Part shown: positions 47,156 to 59,206 of the stretch, one piece after another
How the letters are laid out: every line of letters starts with the position of its first letter
Position numbering within the stretch: the stretch's first letter is position 1
Assembly (NCBI RefSeq): GCF_027921745.1
Contig: NC_079238.1
Span: 4,898,001 to 4,962,000 of the forward strand
Direction of reading: 5' to 3'
DNA length: 64,000 bases
Source of the DNA: Schizosaccharomyces osmophilus
Taxonomy: Eukaryota
Position numbers and translations under genes: made by a program
Notes under the pieces: model-generated
Told to the model about the DNA's origin: nothing
The model's database searches: none
Seen by the model: only the letters and a program-made list of their open reading frames with translations

Positions 47156-49582
47156 TCATGAATTTTGAGATAATTGATTTAAAATCATCGCTGGGTCGAG
47201 CATCGTTGATGACGACGGAAAAGACTGGTTATTTTCAACCTTTCCCTCTGTTTGCTCAGGCGTTTGTTCAGCATCTTCACCAATAAAATTATCCCAAAAC
47301 GGAAAGTGTTCGTTCGTAGACATACTGTTATTGCCGTATAGCAATACCTCTGGTCCTCCTCCTGTCTCTTCATCTAAATGGGCATCACTTCGAGTAATGT
47401 AAAATGATGGATGGTAAACTTTTCTAGCATGCGTATGATAATTCAACATACTGGAAAGAGCATGAAAGTCAACAAATTCTTCATCAGGATCCATATAATG
47501 TTTGTAAGGTACCTCACCCAAATTTGTATTATTAAACGACTTAACGTTACCGCTATTCACGGAAGGGCTTATACCTCCTTGGAAGGTATCAAGTACTGGA
47601 TGTGATTTGTTTTCTGAAAATTTTTTTTGATATTCAGGTATATTTGATGACTGAAAAGTTTCCGGAACCACTTGATTCTTATTTTGTTTTTCTTGTTCTG
47701 AAAGTTCCAGTTCCATCTTCAGTTTTGCTAGCAGCTCATCCAAAATAGGAATTAGTTGTCGAGTTAGCCAGTCATCCGCCAATGTCTTTAATGAATTCCG
47801 CCCAACAGTCAATTGAACAAGTAGATTTCTATTTTTCGTTAATAACGTAGCATACATAAGAGTGAGTATGGTGTTAAATCCAAAAAACAGAGTAGTCCAG
47901 TAGTAACGATTGTGGCTACGCGTCAAGGCATCCGTTAAACAGTTCAAATTCTGTATGGAAACAATAGCCGAATCCAAACATTTACAAGCCAAGGTGAAGG
48001 CGATCTGCCGTTCTGAAACTTTTAAAGCTTGCATCGCAGAACTGCCAGCTTCCAAATAATGAAGTAGAGGGCGGTACAAGAGCATTCGAAAGTAATAATA
48101 TGTCAGCATAAGACTGTACATGTGACGATTCTCGGGAACTTGGCCAGGCTGTTCAGTTTTGAAGCTTCTCGGAAGAGAGTTGTAGAACCTATCCATGGCT
48201 TGTTCTAGTTCGATAATTACAAAGTAGGAAACGGTACGCTTGCTACTGATTCTATTTCCGATCAAGTATAACTTGCTAAGGATGGCGCTAGTGATTTTGT
48301 AAAGTCGAATACCATGAAATAAAAAGTCATTTGCTCGCACTTGATAGCCTTCGACAAACTGAATCGAGATATCTTTAGGCAAAAATTGATCAATATCTTC
48401 ATCAGAAATTCCAAGAGGGAACCCAAAGAGGGTCGCATAGTGCCGATCATGACAATATAATGCCCAAAACACTCGCCTGCGAGCTTCTATTTGTTCAGGA
48501 GTGAAACCGACAATGATATTTCTATGTAAACCAAGTTTGAGGGAACAGCTTAGAGCCAACTTGTGATAATAATAACCGGCCCCTATTTCAGCACGACAAT
48601 ACCGGTAATTACTTAAAATCATTAGGCACTGAACGCTGTCTAGAGAGTAATTGTCAATAGAATCAACTAGACGTTCGCTATAATAGCTGTATTTTTTTGC
48701 CATTGCTTGCGTCTCTAAATTGTTTGGATCGTTTTGCAGAGAATGGTAATAACCGTTGCATAACATAGCACAGAAGAATGCCAAAAAATTAGTTTGGTAT
48801 TCGCCTCTGTAAAGCAAGTTTATTCTATTGATTATAACACTGAAAGAGTCAAAAAAAAATAGATCTGTTACGTTCGAAAGAGCAGTTTTGACAATCTCAA
48901 AAGCGATTTCCATCGGAGGAAGTGGCACCTTCCCTGGGTCAACACTCGTCACTTGGAAATCTAAACTAAAACGCGGACAAAAGGTATAAAATTGTGATTC
49001 CGGAATGGAATAATCTGGCTGTATGTTTTTGCTGCTCAACGGATAAGCCACATAAGGATTTTTTATCTCCAAATTACTGGATAGATTTTTGAGGAGACCA
49101 TGCAAAAAGACGAAAACTGAGGTACTGCCACGAAAATAACATTTTCCTGTATTAATGTCGTTATACAAACCGCTTGACTCGATTGTAGATTGAAGCATGA
49201 GACGTTTATGATTTTCTCCGACCTCTAATTCGTTTGCTGCTTGAAACTTTTGTTCTCGCAAAAACATCAAAAAGTTCGGAGAGCTTGTTGATAAGTCTAC
49301 AGAAGAGTGTTTTCTTAAAAGATTCTCCAGGTATCTGATGCGTGACTCCAAGTTTTCGAGGTATTCAGGAGAATGCGAAGATTTACGAGTAGAAGGCATT
49401 TTAAATGTACATTCAGCTCTTCCGAGTCTGCAGTTTTTACAAGGGCGCATGCCATCGCACTTTACCTTTTTCTTCCTACATTTATCGCATGCACGCGTCA
49501 CGCGTCTTCGTCTGGGAATCACATTAGCACCTTCTAAGAGAATAGAATCTTGGTCTAAGTCCGTGACTTCCTCCTTTGCCAT
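47156..49582 (-). CDS. Zn2Cys6 transcription factor (probable SPBC530.08 ortholog)
   Basis: ACDKCRKKKVKCDGMRPCKNCRLGRAEC, then a coiled coil and a Fungal_trans domain (LGLHR, RRRVFW). Confidence 0.92.
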   Translation of the reverse strand: MAKEEVTDLDQDSILLEGANVIPRRRRVTRACDKCRKKKVKCDGMRPCKNCRLGRAECTFKMPSTRKSSHSPEYLENLESRIRYLENLLRKHSSVDLSTSSPNFLMFLREQKFQAANELEVGENHKRLMLQSTIESSGLYNDINTGKCYFRGSTSVFVFLHGLLKNLSSNLEIKNPYVAYPLSSKNIQPDYSIPESQFYTFCPRFSLDFQVTSVDPGKVPLPPMEIAFEIVKTALSNVTDLFFFDSFSVIINRINLLYRGEYQTNFLAFFCAMLCNGYYHSLQNDPNNLETQAMAKKYSYYSERLVDSIDNYSLDSVQCLMILSNYRYCRAEIGAGYYYHKLALSCSLKLGLHRNIIVGFTPEQIEARRRVFWALYCHDRHYATLFGFPLGISDEDIDQFLPKDISIQFVEGYQVRANDFLFHGIRLYKITSAILSKLYLIGNRISSKRTVSYFVIIELEQAMDRFYNSLPRSFKTEQPGQVPENRHMYSLMLTYYYFRMLLYRPLLHYLEAGSSAMQALKVSERQIAFTLACKCLDSAIVSIQNLNCLTDALTRSHNRYYWTTLFFGFNTILTLMYATLLTKNRNLLVQLTVGRNSLKTLADDWLTRQLIPILDELLAKLKMELELSEQEKQNKNQVVPETFQSSNIPEYQKKFSENKSHPVLDTFQGGISPSVNSGNVKSFNNTNLGEVPYKHYMDPDEEFVDFHALSSMLNYHTHARKVYHPSFYITRSDAHLDEETGGGPEVLLYGNNSMSTNEHFPFWDNFIGEDAEQTPEQTEGKVENNQSFPSSSTMLDPAMILNQLSQNS

Positions 49583-50880
49583 TTTTCAAATTCAGCAGCA
49601 AAATGTATGGAAGAAGGTAATTGTAATCTTAATAAGAATGATGATATAAGGATGCTAAACCAAAAATGTAGCCAAAGGGAAATATGCAATCAACGGTTAA
49701 TGCAAGGTACCAAAAAGAAACAAGAAATAAGAAATTAGATGAATTATGAACCCAGCTCCAGCGATACGTTCGTATGTTGCGATGAAGTGTGAATGATCAC
49801 GGGAAACAACGATTCAAATTATGAAAAAGAATCCTTTTATTCATACAAAATAGATGAGCATCTATAAACAGCCATTTAATACCAAAAATTAATGTAGAAT
49901 GTCCAATGCCTTAAGAAACGAGATTCAGTACTCTAATGTTCGTTAAATCAATTGAGAACCCAAAAACGTAAATTATATTGAATTTCTAGCTCGTTGCAGC
50001 GTTTGAATTGCAAATTTCTACGGATTTATAACGGAAACGTTTGGGGTTGTTGGTAGCTTGAAAAGCAGGTCTGCAACGTCCTTAGCTATTTTAGTAACAA
50101 GAGGTAGCAATTCAAATAAGATGAGGCAAGCGAAAAAGCAGCTTCGCTTACGTCTAGTAGGGAATAAACAACCTTGCTTTTGTTGAAAAAGAGAAGACCG
50201 TTTCTTTTTAATAGTTGCAAAAATGAGTAAAAGGTTTACTTAATGAGAAATTGGACTCTTGTTGTTTTGGGCTTCACGAGAATGAGTTCAAGATGACCAC
50301 TGTGGAAGATACCAAAAACACCTGATCCGACGGAGCAAATTATATGTTCAAAAAGACTTGTAGTCAACCTGAAAAATTGGCAACGGGCTTCTTTACTTCT
50401 CTTGGCATGTTCCAAAAAGAGTTAAGATATAGCGCAAAGACAAAAACCAACGATTACGCAGTGCCTTGGAGACTTGCCAGTTTGATCATTTATAGAAACA
50501 AGTATTCAAAAATCTAGCATTGAAGGAATTCTTCCACCTTGGCTGTGGAAGCCCAAACATAGTAGTTACCAGAGAGACACTACACTGATTACATAAAGGA
50601 GAACAAGGAACAAATCTCTTTCCTGGTACTATATTGGTTTGTTCAGATTTTGAATAGTGAAAGATTATTAATTGTACCCTCCAAGTCAAGGATAAAGGAT
50701 AGCAACGTTTCTCTTGTTCATATACCGGTTACCACTATCCTTGACATCAAGTTTCCGAGGAAGAAGATTATAAAAAAAACCTTCTTCTACTGTTTATACA
50801 GGAAGCTCAGCGTAAGCAGCAGAGGTCCCGAATTTCTTTTCTCAATTGGTTGACTCGGATTATCAGAACTTTGAAACCCT

Positions 50881-51606
50881 ATGGATAAGTATACACTTGC
50901 TTTTTTAAAGAAAGCCGGATTAGAGAATGATGTTGTCATTGCATCGACAGAGACTCCATTCATTCAAAATCTCGCATCTGGTGAGGCCACTGAAGATTCG
51001 TTTTGCAAATGGCTCTATGAAGATCGTTTGTACGTCCAGGCTACCTCTCTATTTTTAGCAAAAGTCATTGAAGCTTTCCAGAAGGAGACTTCTCCTAGTG
51101 TTTCCGAAGCATTAAATCTTGCCTTAAAAGCATATCAAGTTGTTCGGCCAGAGATTGACCATTTTAATGAAAAGTGCAAAGAAAAGGACATACCCCTTCC
51201 AGAGTTGCCTTCCGTTTCAATTAGTTGGGAGCAAAACATACTGGAAAACGACCCCCATCAGTATGCTTCTCTTTCCTCCCCTGCTTGTTACGAATATATT
51301 TTGTTCGTTACAAAGTCCATGTTTGAAATACCAAATGCTACACCTACCGATTATTACTTGGCATTTTACATGAACGAGCTTATTTACCATCGATCTTGGA
51401 AGTTTGTTTACGAATCTTCGCTCTTCCAAAAAAGCTCTATGCGAGACATGGAGTTTATTTCTTGGTGGGCAAACGATGACTTTGCGAAATTTGTTGAAAC
51501 CCTTGCTTGCACAGCTAAAGAAGCTGCCATTAGTGAAACGACTGTTTTCATTTTAAAAGAGATTTGTCGTTTCGAGCAGCAATTTTTTAATAGTGCTCTG
51601 TCCTAA
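50881..51606 (+). CDS. TenA/THI-4/PQQC family protein (thiamine salvage; TenA_E/Pet18-like)
   Basis: PFIQNLASG...FCKWLYEDRLYV, FISWWANDDF and FEQQFF. Confidence 0.85.
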   Translation: MDKYTLAFLKKAGLENDVVIASTETPFIQNLASGEATEDSFCKWLYEDRLYVQATSLFLAKVIEAFQKETSPSVSEALNLALKAYQVVRPEIDHFNEKCKEKDIPLPELPSVSISWEQNILENDPHQYASLSSPACYEYILFVTKSMFEIPNATPTDYYLAFYMNELIYHRSWKFVYESSLFQKSSMRDMEFISWWANDDFAKFVETLACTAKEAAISETTVFILKEICRFEQQFFNSALS

Positions 51607-52016
51607 ACTGTTGATTTGTCTACCAATTTTCAAGTATGTAACTCTTTAGAAAGCTAGTACTTATCCACTTTTCTTCGTCTACAATTCCTTGAAATCCGCT
51701 ATTATTTTACCTTACGGTGATTTTACTACAATATGACAATTTTATACTTTTTCTAACATCGGTTATGTTTCTACCGTATACTTCTAAAACATAGCGCTTT
51801 TAGTAAAAATATAATTCCATAAATTCTTCTTTTTATTTCCTTATAGTAAAAATATATAAATTTCTTATTGTATCATAATTATCAGATCACATCGTTTAGA
51901 TAAAGCTAATTCTCTACCACTAACTCCGGAATGAAGACTGAACGATTCTTTCTCCAAACGGTTGGTCTAATTTTGGTGACTTGATTTCTTCGATCAAAGC
52001 TTTCTAAAAGCAAATC

Positions 52017-55000
52017 ATGGGAGAAAAGGGTAAGATTGTTGATAAGCCTTTCACGCAGCAGACGCTGTCCAGTTTCCATAGAGCTACTCCGTCGTTTTTG
52101 AGTGAATTCATAAGCCATTTACTCTTGTGTATTTGAAACTAACCAAACTAGATAACCACCAACTAGATAATGGCAATGTCCCTTTGAAACAAACAGATTC
52201 TGCTATTGATCTGGATACTGAAGTGAATATAGATATTAGATTTCCTGATCGTACACCAACCCTGTCTTTTGCTTTGCCGCTTTCCAGCACAGTACACGAT
52301 GTTCGACAAATAGTCTTGGAGTTTTTGCTGGCTCCAACAAACACTTGCTTTCATTTTGCTCATGGAAACGAAAGAATACAGCCTTTTACTGAACTTCATG
52401 AGATTTTACATGTACAATCGCACCAGAAACTGAAAACGCTTGTCCTAGATGTTGTATTGGACCCATACACAGAAAGAACATCTAGGTTTCATTTCTTCAC
52501 TCTCTTAGATTTTTTGGACAGAAGCAATAAAAACCACAAAAGCGATAATTTTGGAATTCGTACAGGATTTTGTGCATTTCCTGAATTGGACGATCCTACT
52601 GATTCCTACCAAACGGAAGCTGTTGAGTCATCCAATTCAAAGTTTTCCATCCTCAACAAAGATTTTTGGCCCGATCATCCTAACCCCTTTGAATCTTCTT
52701 ATGACAAACTATTATCTCCTATGTTATCATCGAAATCATTTCCTCAGCATACCTGCTTTCGGTCTTTTTCTCTTTCTGCTTGGAATCCAGTTCCACCCGA
52801 ATACGCCATGCAAGGGCACCTCTTGTACTTGAGTGTAACAACCTTAGAAGGACAGCTTTACCATATCACTTCTCATGTTACGGGCTATTTTGTCAACAAT
52901 TCCACAAACACGCGCTTTGATCCCACCTCTCAAAAAGATCTATACAGCCATTCTCTCATTGCACTACTTTGTCAGTTATCTCCTCTCTTTAAAGAAAATC
53001 TTGAAGCCCTTTTGGATAAATATAGACAGCAAGATCAGATTGCATTTGCTAAAATTAGCGGTTCGATTCCTCAAGCTCCTTGGATTACAATGCCCACCCG
53101 AAATAGACCCGACTTGACGAAAACTCAGGAAGCCCAACTTAATCCATACATTGAAAATCAAGGAAACTTGCGTGATTGGAACGAAGAGATTCAATCCGCT
53201 CGAGAAATGGCTCACGAAAGTATCCAAGACCGCGTCTTACGTGAGCGATTACTAGTGAAAACGATGCAGGATTTTACTGAAGTTTCTGTTCAAGGAGCTA
53301 TTGATATTGTAAATGGAAATATCCCCCCTCTTAACCCTTTGGAGCCCGAAGATTCTCGTATGTATGTGCATAACAATATATTTTTTTCTTTCGGGCGTGA
53401 TAGCGTTGGTATATTCAAAAAACTTGGTGGGGATGCTGCTGCTTATTACGCTGTCGGAAAAGATGCTACCACCATTCGTTTATTAAATCAATTGGATGCA
53501 GTAGACCTTTCTTCGCTTGGAACATGCATTGTGGATTATGCTGGACACAGAATAGTTGCTCAAACAATTATTCCAGGTATATTTAGACAGTTGGAATTAG
53601 GAAATTCCCAGTTGATCTATGGAAGTGTTGAAGGCGAGAGAAATTTTCGTTGTGATCCATCATTGGAACCCGACTTATTAAAACTTTCTAACATCTTACA
53701 TATAAAAAAACATGGTTTTAAAGACCAAGATGGCAGTGTCATCCCCTTATATACTAGCCTAGATACCAAAGGGTTGTTGGGTTCTGATGGAAGGAAATAT
53801 TTGATGGATCTCTATAGCTTATTTCCACCTGACCTTGGATTCTTGAATCGCCTTGAACAAAAGGGGTCTAATCAATATTCTGATTACCCACATCGACTAG
53901 TGCAATTTCGTCCCGAATTAATACAGTCATTTTGGGAAACCACTTTAAATGAAGAGCAAGAAGAAAAGGAAGCCTCTTCCGAAGATAAACATATCAACGA
54001 ACCGCTTAAAAATACAGTTTTAAATCAAAATGGTAACGAAGTACCAGAAGCTTCTCAAATCCCATTAAAGATAAAGGATAATGCCTCGCAAGAAAACTGT
54101 CTTTTCAATCCTAATGTTCGTCATCCTTCTTATAAATATCCGGAACACGAAGAAGACGAATATAAACATGACATTTCGCTTCTCAAGAAAGTTTCTACTT
54201 TTCTTACTACGAACGTGATACCCCATTTTATTGATTCTATATGCAATGATTCGTCTTTTCTGCCAATTGATGGTATTGCCCTCTCCAGAGCATTACACCG
54301 TAACGGAATTAACATAAGATACCTTGGGGATATGCTAAATTTAATTTTTGATGAATATCCACAAAATACTGCCACGATACATCTTTTTACCAGTGAAATT
54401 TTTGCAAGATCTGCAAAGCATATAATTCGAGCTTACCTATCCAAAACTCCACGTTGTTTAAGAAGCTATGTCATATCTCATATCTTTAATTGTTTGCTTG
54501 CTGCAGATGAAGACGATCTGTCATCTCCTTTTTTGCCTGAAGAATCCGTTTTAAAATTGTATCCTGAGGTTTGCCAAATGCTTGTATCAATGTCGCCAAA
54601 ACTGGCATGGGAGTTGTTAGTGAAGGAGTCTCAATCAAGATTTGGTTATGAAGTACCCCTTAGATTTGTTAAGGAAGCCAATCACTTATCCTTAATTCGC
54701 CTCGTTTGCCTGAAGTCTGGTATTCAACTGGCATGCAACGATTATTTTAATAAAGAAGATATTACTGAAGCCGATAATCAGGCTTCTGGATCAAAAAATA
54801 AAAAAAACAAAAAAAAGAAGAAGGAAAAGAAGGCTAAGCAAGATGATTGTTCAAATTTGACTAACTCATTTCACAAATTTTTGCCTAAAGACATTCTTAA
54901 TCTAGTACCGGTTGTGAAAAGTACTGTCCCTTATAGCTCATTGGCACAAGAATCGTTGGATGCTTCCAAGGTCTGCTTGCTTAAAGAGAACAAAGACTTG

Positions 55001-55642
55001 TGTTATGATCTATTGAATGAATCACTTTCTTTACATGAACAAATTTATGGTGTATTTCATCCTGAGGTTGCTCGTGCTTATTGTCAGTTAGCCATGATAT
55101 GCCATCAGTTAGGCAAAAAAGAAGAATCTTGTTCATTAGGAAGGAAAGCTTTAATTGTCTGTGAACGAATCCTTGGCTTTGACTCCTCGGAAACTATTTT
55201 AGCATACCTAAACTTAGCCTTGTATGAGTTTTCTCATAATCGGATATCCTGTGCTTTAGTTTATAGTCAGTATGCATTACGACTGTGGCATTTGGTATTT
55301 GGAACTGATCATCCTAATATGATAACCTCATATACCAATATTGGTTTAATGTTACGCTCGATGAAATTAATATCCGAAAGTAAAATTTGCATTGAGTGGG
55401 CCCTGAACCTATGCCGGAGATTCCAGGACAAGTCAAGTACCACTGCTGCAGTCAATCTTCAATATGCTCAAGCCTTAGCATTGACAAAGGACCTTCGTCA
55501 AGCATCCCAAGAAGCTCGTGAAGCTTACAAAATTTATGAGAAAAACTTGGGTTCTGAACATCAGGCCACCAAAGAAGCCGAACAGTGGTTATCCCAGCTT
55601 ATAGCTAAAGCCGTAAAGCAGGAAAAAGTTACTCTTCAATAG
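52017..55642 (+). CDS. clu1: Clustered mitochondria protein Clu1/CLUH. Exons 52017-52029 and 52152-55642
   Basis: SAWNPVPP, RDWNEEIQ, DGRKYLMDL, HRNGINIRYLG and C-terminal TPRs. ATG GGA GAA AAG G|GTAAGA...CTAAC...TAG supplies the start missing from the ORF track. Confidence 0.93.
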
Positions 55643-55895
55643 GATATTTAACTATCCTGTAGATACCAATCAATTTGCTAGTCCCTTTTAATTCTTGAAC
55701 TTACGCATATTCGTAACGAACAATAAGAATAAGTAAATCATGGTGCCCAAAAACCTCATCTCACAATACTGATATATATGATATGTCTTATTGAATAATA
55801 TACACTAAATAGATTCATCAAGGAAGCATTAAATAATAACAAATAACTTGAGCTAATAAAACAAATTGGAAGTGAAACATTCAGGTATTGAACAT

Positions 55896-58148
55896 TTAAA
55901 ATTCCATACCCATATCTTCAAATATGTTCGGATTGTAAACATTAGCGTCCGCAAAATTTAAGTGTAACTCATCGTTAAACGGATACATCGACATAGTTTG
56001 GTCTAAAATAGGAGTTACTCCGGTAACTAAATCGTTGCCAGAAAACTCGTCGTTAGGAATATTTCCCTCGAGCGAATTGGCCTTGTTTTGCTGCATTTCT
56101 GAGATGCTGATATTCAAAGAATTTAAATATTCATTATTGAAAAAAGGGTTGTTTTCATGAAATATATCATCTCCTGTTTTACCTTCAGCTTGACTTGATG
56201 CTGGGGTAAATGAAGGTTGTGTTTGAACCGATTCACTGTGAGTAAATAGTGGTATTTTTGATTGGGTGGCACCTGTCTGAACATCAAATGGAGTCGACAA
56301 AGACTTAGCCATCTGATTAGCCTTCTGGATGGCAAGTTCCGCGGTAGAGATCATACTATCCAATCCATTCAAAAGAATATTAGGCTCAAAATGACGAGCC
56401 CATCTGCTAGCACAGGCTAAAAAGCATCGTCTAACGGTAATTAAACAGTTGATATCATGTCTGCAAGAAGAAGCCAGGGGACGCTTCAAAATCCCTATGA
56501 ACAAAATAAGAGTTGCAGTGAAAGCATGATTCATAAGGACCTTAAGAGAAAATTCTTGTCCGTGGAGTGATGTTAAAAATAAGTTGGTGACTGCACGAGC
56601 ACTCTCAATACAAAGAGCTTGAGAGTCCGCAGTATTATTTAATCCTCTATGGGCACAGCTTAACTGAAGGTTCTTTGTTAGGGAATGTCGATGTACGAGA
56701 ATAAGAGCCGAATAATAACCGCAAGCCATCAAATGGCATGCTCGAAACTTAAATAAAGAAGGATCGTATGGGCGGATACCTTTCGGAATTGCTGACAACC
56801 ATTCATGTAATTCAAAATCTAGAGTCTTAATTTTTTCTTTCAACTCATTTGTGGTCGATTTCATGCCAGCCACTGAGTATAACTGACGAAGAATACGTCC
56901 ATGAATTTGCATCAATTTAACAAAACACTCGAGAAAATTAAATCTTCTGAATTCATCGTTTTCTTGGGTTTCTACACAAGAAAAGTGGTAAATCGAGTAA
57001 AATGGTATAATTTGATCGATATCTTCATCCTGAAATGCCAACGGTTTTCCTGATGTAAAAGAGAAAACGCGATCCATACAATAAATCAGCCAAAAGAGGC
57101 GAGCCTTCTCTTCAGCATCCTCTTTATTAATGGACCACATTGAGCTGTTACGATGAAGGCCTAGAGTTTGGGCAACTCTAATAACCACACCCAAGCTTAG
57201 CCATGCAGAGTTAGGTTGACAAATCGCAGAAAAAAATATTGAAGAAAGAAAACATACTAATAACGTATCAAAACTCATTTTTTGGGTAACTTTTAGGTGC
57301 ACGTCCAAAACATTCATATAAAGAGCTTTAGCACGCTTAAGGTACCACTCGTCTTCACCACTGGCGATACAACCAAGAGAGAGAACAGTGATATATAAAG
57401 CATATTTGGTAATGTCCACAGAATCATCTTGGTCTTTGTACCAATCGGGAGTGCTGAATCTCTTTTCAAATCCTTCTCTAGTAAAAACTGGTAATTCCCT
57501 ATTAAATGTTTTGAAATATGCATTAACATAAGCTTGAGCTACTTCAGGTGATGGTAATTCTGCACGAATCGCTTCATAAATATCTTCTGGTTGATCGGCA
57601 AGACTACTGGATTTTGCAAGCAACAAGTTTTCAAGAGCTTTATCGGAAGCAATTCCTGAAGCGACCCTAGTAGCATGTTGAAGAATGGACAAGTTTGAAG
57701 ACGCCCCGATATACTTTTGGCCGCCAACGGGAGTCGTTATTAGCGTCCCCATTTTCTCATTGAGAGAAGCCATATCACCAGATGTAGACTCATCAGAATA
57801 AGAATCTTCTTTCAAACTTTTATCAGCTTCATCAGCATCACCGTATAGATTTGAAAAAGTCTCGTTTTGGGGAGAGTAATTTGGCACAACCGATCGTATG
57901 GTCGATTCCATTTGCTCTAGTCTAGAAACCAAAGACTTTATGTACATTTGTTTTTGACCTGTTCTTCTTTTGGGTCTTGCAGTGTATACACAAGAGACAC
58001 TATGGTTAAGACAGTTGCTGCAAGCAGGCTGCTTTCCATCGCAGCGAATTTTTCGTTTGCGGCATAAGTCGCATGCACGATTTATTCTCCTTTTATTTTT
58101 GATTTCGTTAGTTTGTGGACTATCGCCTTCAGGAGACATCGATTTCAT
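55896..58148 (-). CDS. prt1: Zn2Cys6 transcription factor Prt1 (Pdr1/Pdr3-like drug-resistance regulator)
   Basis: ACDLCRKRKIRCDGKQPACSNCLNHSVSC plus a Fungal_trans domain. The name rests on its position between clu1 and mod5. Confidence 0.82.
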   Translation of the reverse strand: MKSMSPEGDSPQTNEIKNKRRINRACDLCRKRKIRCDGKQPACSNCLNHSVSCVYTARPKRRTGQKQMYIKSLVSRLEQMESTIRSVVPNYSPQNETFSNLYGDADEADKSLKEDSYSDESTSGDMASLNEKMGTLITTPVGGQKYIGASSNLSILQHATRVASGIASDKALENLLLAKSSSLADQPEDIYEAIRAELPSPEVAQAYVNAYFKTFNRELPVFTREGFEKRFSTPDWYKDQDDSVDITKYALYITVLSLGCIASGEDEWYLKRAKALYMNVLDVHLKVTQKMSFDTLLVCFLSSIFFSAICQPNSAWLSLGVVIRVAQTLGLHRNSSMWSINKEDAEEKARLFWLIYCMDRVFSFTSGKPLAFQDEDIDQIIPFYSIYHFSCVETQENDEFRRFNFLECFVKLMQIHGRILRQLYSVAGMKSTTNELKEKIKTLDFELHEWLSAIPKGIRPYDPSLFKFRACHLMACGYYSALILVHRHSLTKNLQLSCAHRGLNNTADSQALCIESARAVTNLFLTSLHGQEFSLKVLMNHAFTATLILFIGILKRPLASSCRHDINCLITVRRCFLACASRWARHFEPNILLNGLDSMISTAELAIQKANQMAKSLSTPFDVQTGATQSKIPLFTHSESVQTQPSFTPASSQAEGKTGDDIFHENNPFFNNEYLNSLNISISEMQQNKANSLEGNIPNDEFSGNDLVTGVTPILDQTMSMYPFNDELHLNFADANVYNPNIFEDMGMEF

Positions 58149-59206
58149 TTTGGAAGTATCCAGGATCAATGTTCAATAACAAGCACTCCAAAATTTGTTA
58201 TAAGAAGTTATTTAGGTTATAGAGGAAATAAAAGATCTTTCTTGCAATTTAAGCGTTACACTTGGAACTCAAAAAATCCAAAGAAAAGTTTCGAAATGTC
58301 CTAAATCAATAAAAATAAACCAATAATTTCAAAACTTTTATATAATTAGCATCAAATAACAAATAACACTCGAAGGAAAAAGAAACCGGCCTCTTTCCTA
58401 CATATCTAGTTAGTATTTAGCGAAATTTGCAGTAGACAGGTTTGAAGGTATGGTAAGCCTTCAAAAAATTCTTGTTACAGAAAAAGGAGTACAATGTGAT
58501 ATCGGCAGGTATTTGAAGGCGAAATAAGATTATAGCACTGTTTCAAAGTAATTTCATCTAACTATTGATCAGTAGAAATATCTGATCAAAAAAACAATCA
58601 TAATCCATGAGTAAAAGCGCCTTTTTTTTTGTAGACAACATCCATAAAGAAGATTGCAATTTTCTTCTTATTTTACTTGATTTATTTCAGTATGGAATGC
58701 TTGAAACATATCGACCCAATAGAGTATTTCCAAGATCTTCAGTATGCAAAGCAAAATTCTTTCAGTGATCATTATGTAGTCTTCATTCAGAGCTGTGCTG
58801 GTTTATAATAAATTTCAGTATCTACCAAAAACGATGTTTTCTAAATGGTTGTTTCATCCTCTTTAATCTCTTCAAGCTTTATCCTATTGCAAGACATTTC
58901 AATTATTGAAAGAATGAAAGCCAACTTTTGGCTGAAGCAGAATCCGCTTAGCTATGATTTTAAGTACTTCATTTTCCGAGTTTCCAATTCATCAATTCAT
59001 TCATGACTAAATTTCCCTTTTTCATAAAACAAACATCCATATGAGTATTACCTTGTGGCTATGGGAGTCAACGTACATTAGAGAGAGAAAAAAGATGTTT
59101 TTCACCATTGACATTGAACAAAATGGAAGAGACTAAACATAATATATGGTTTGATGGATTGAGGATCCATACAGTTTGTCAATACTACAAAAAGCGAAGC
59201 TAGCTT

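Noticed and set aside
58441..58519. TTTGAAGG inverted and direct copies upstream of prt1
   Set aside because: Short AT-rich 8-mers; no known motif and no further support.
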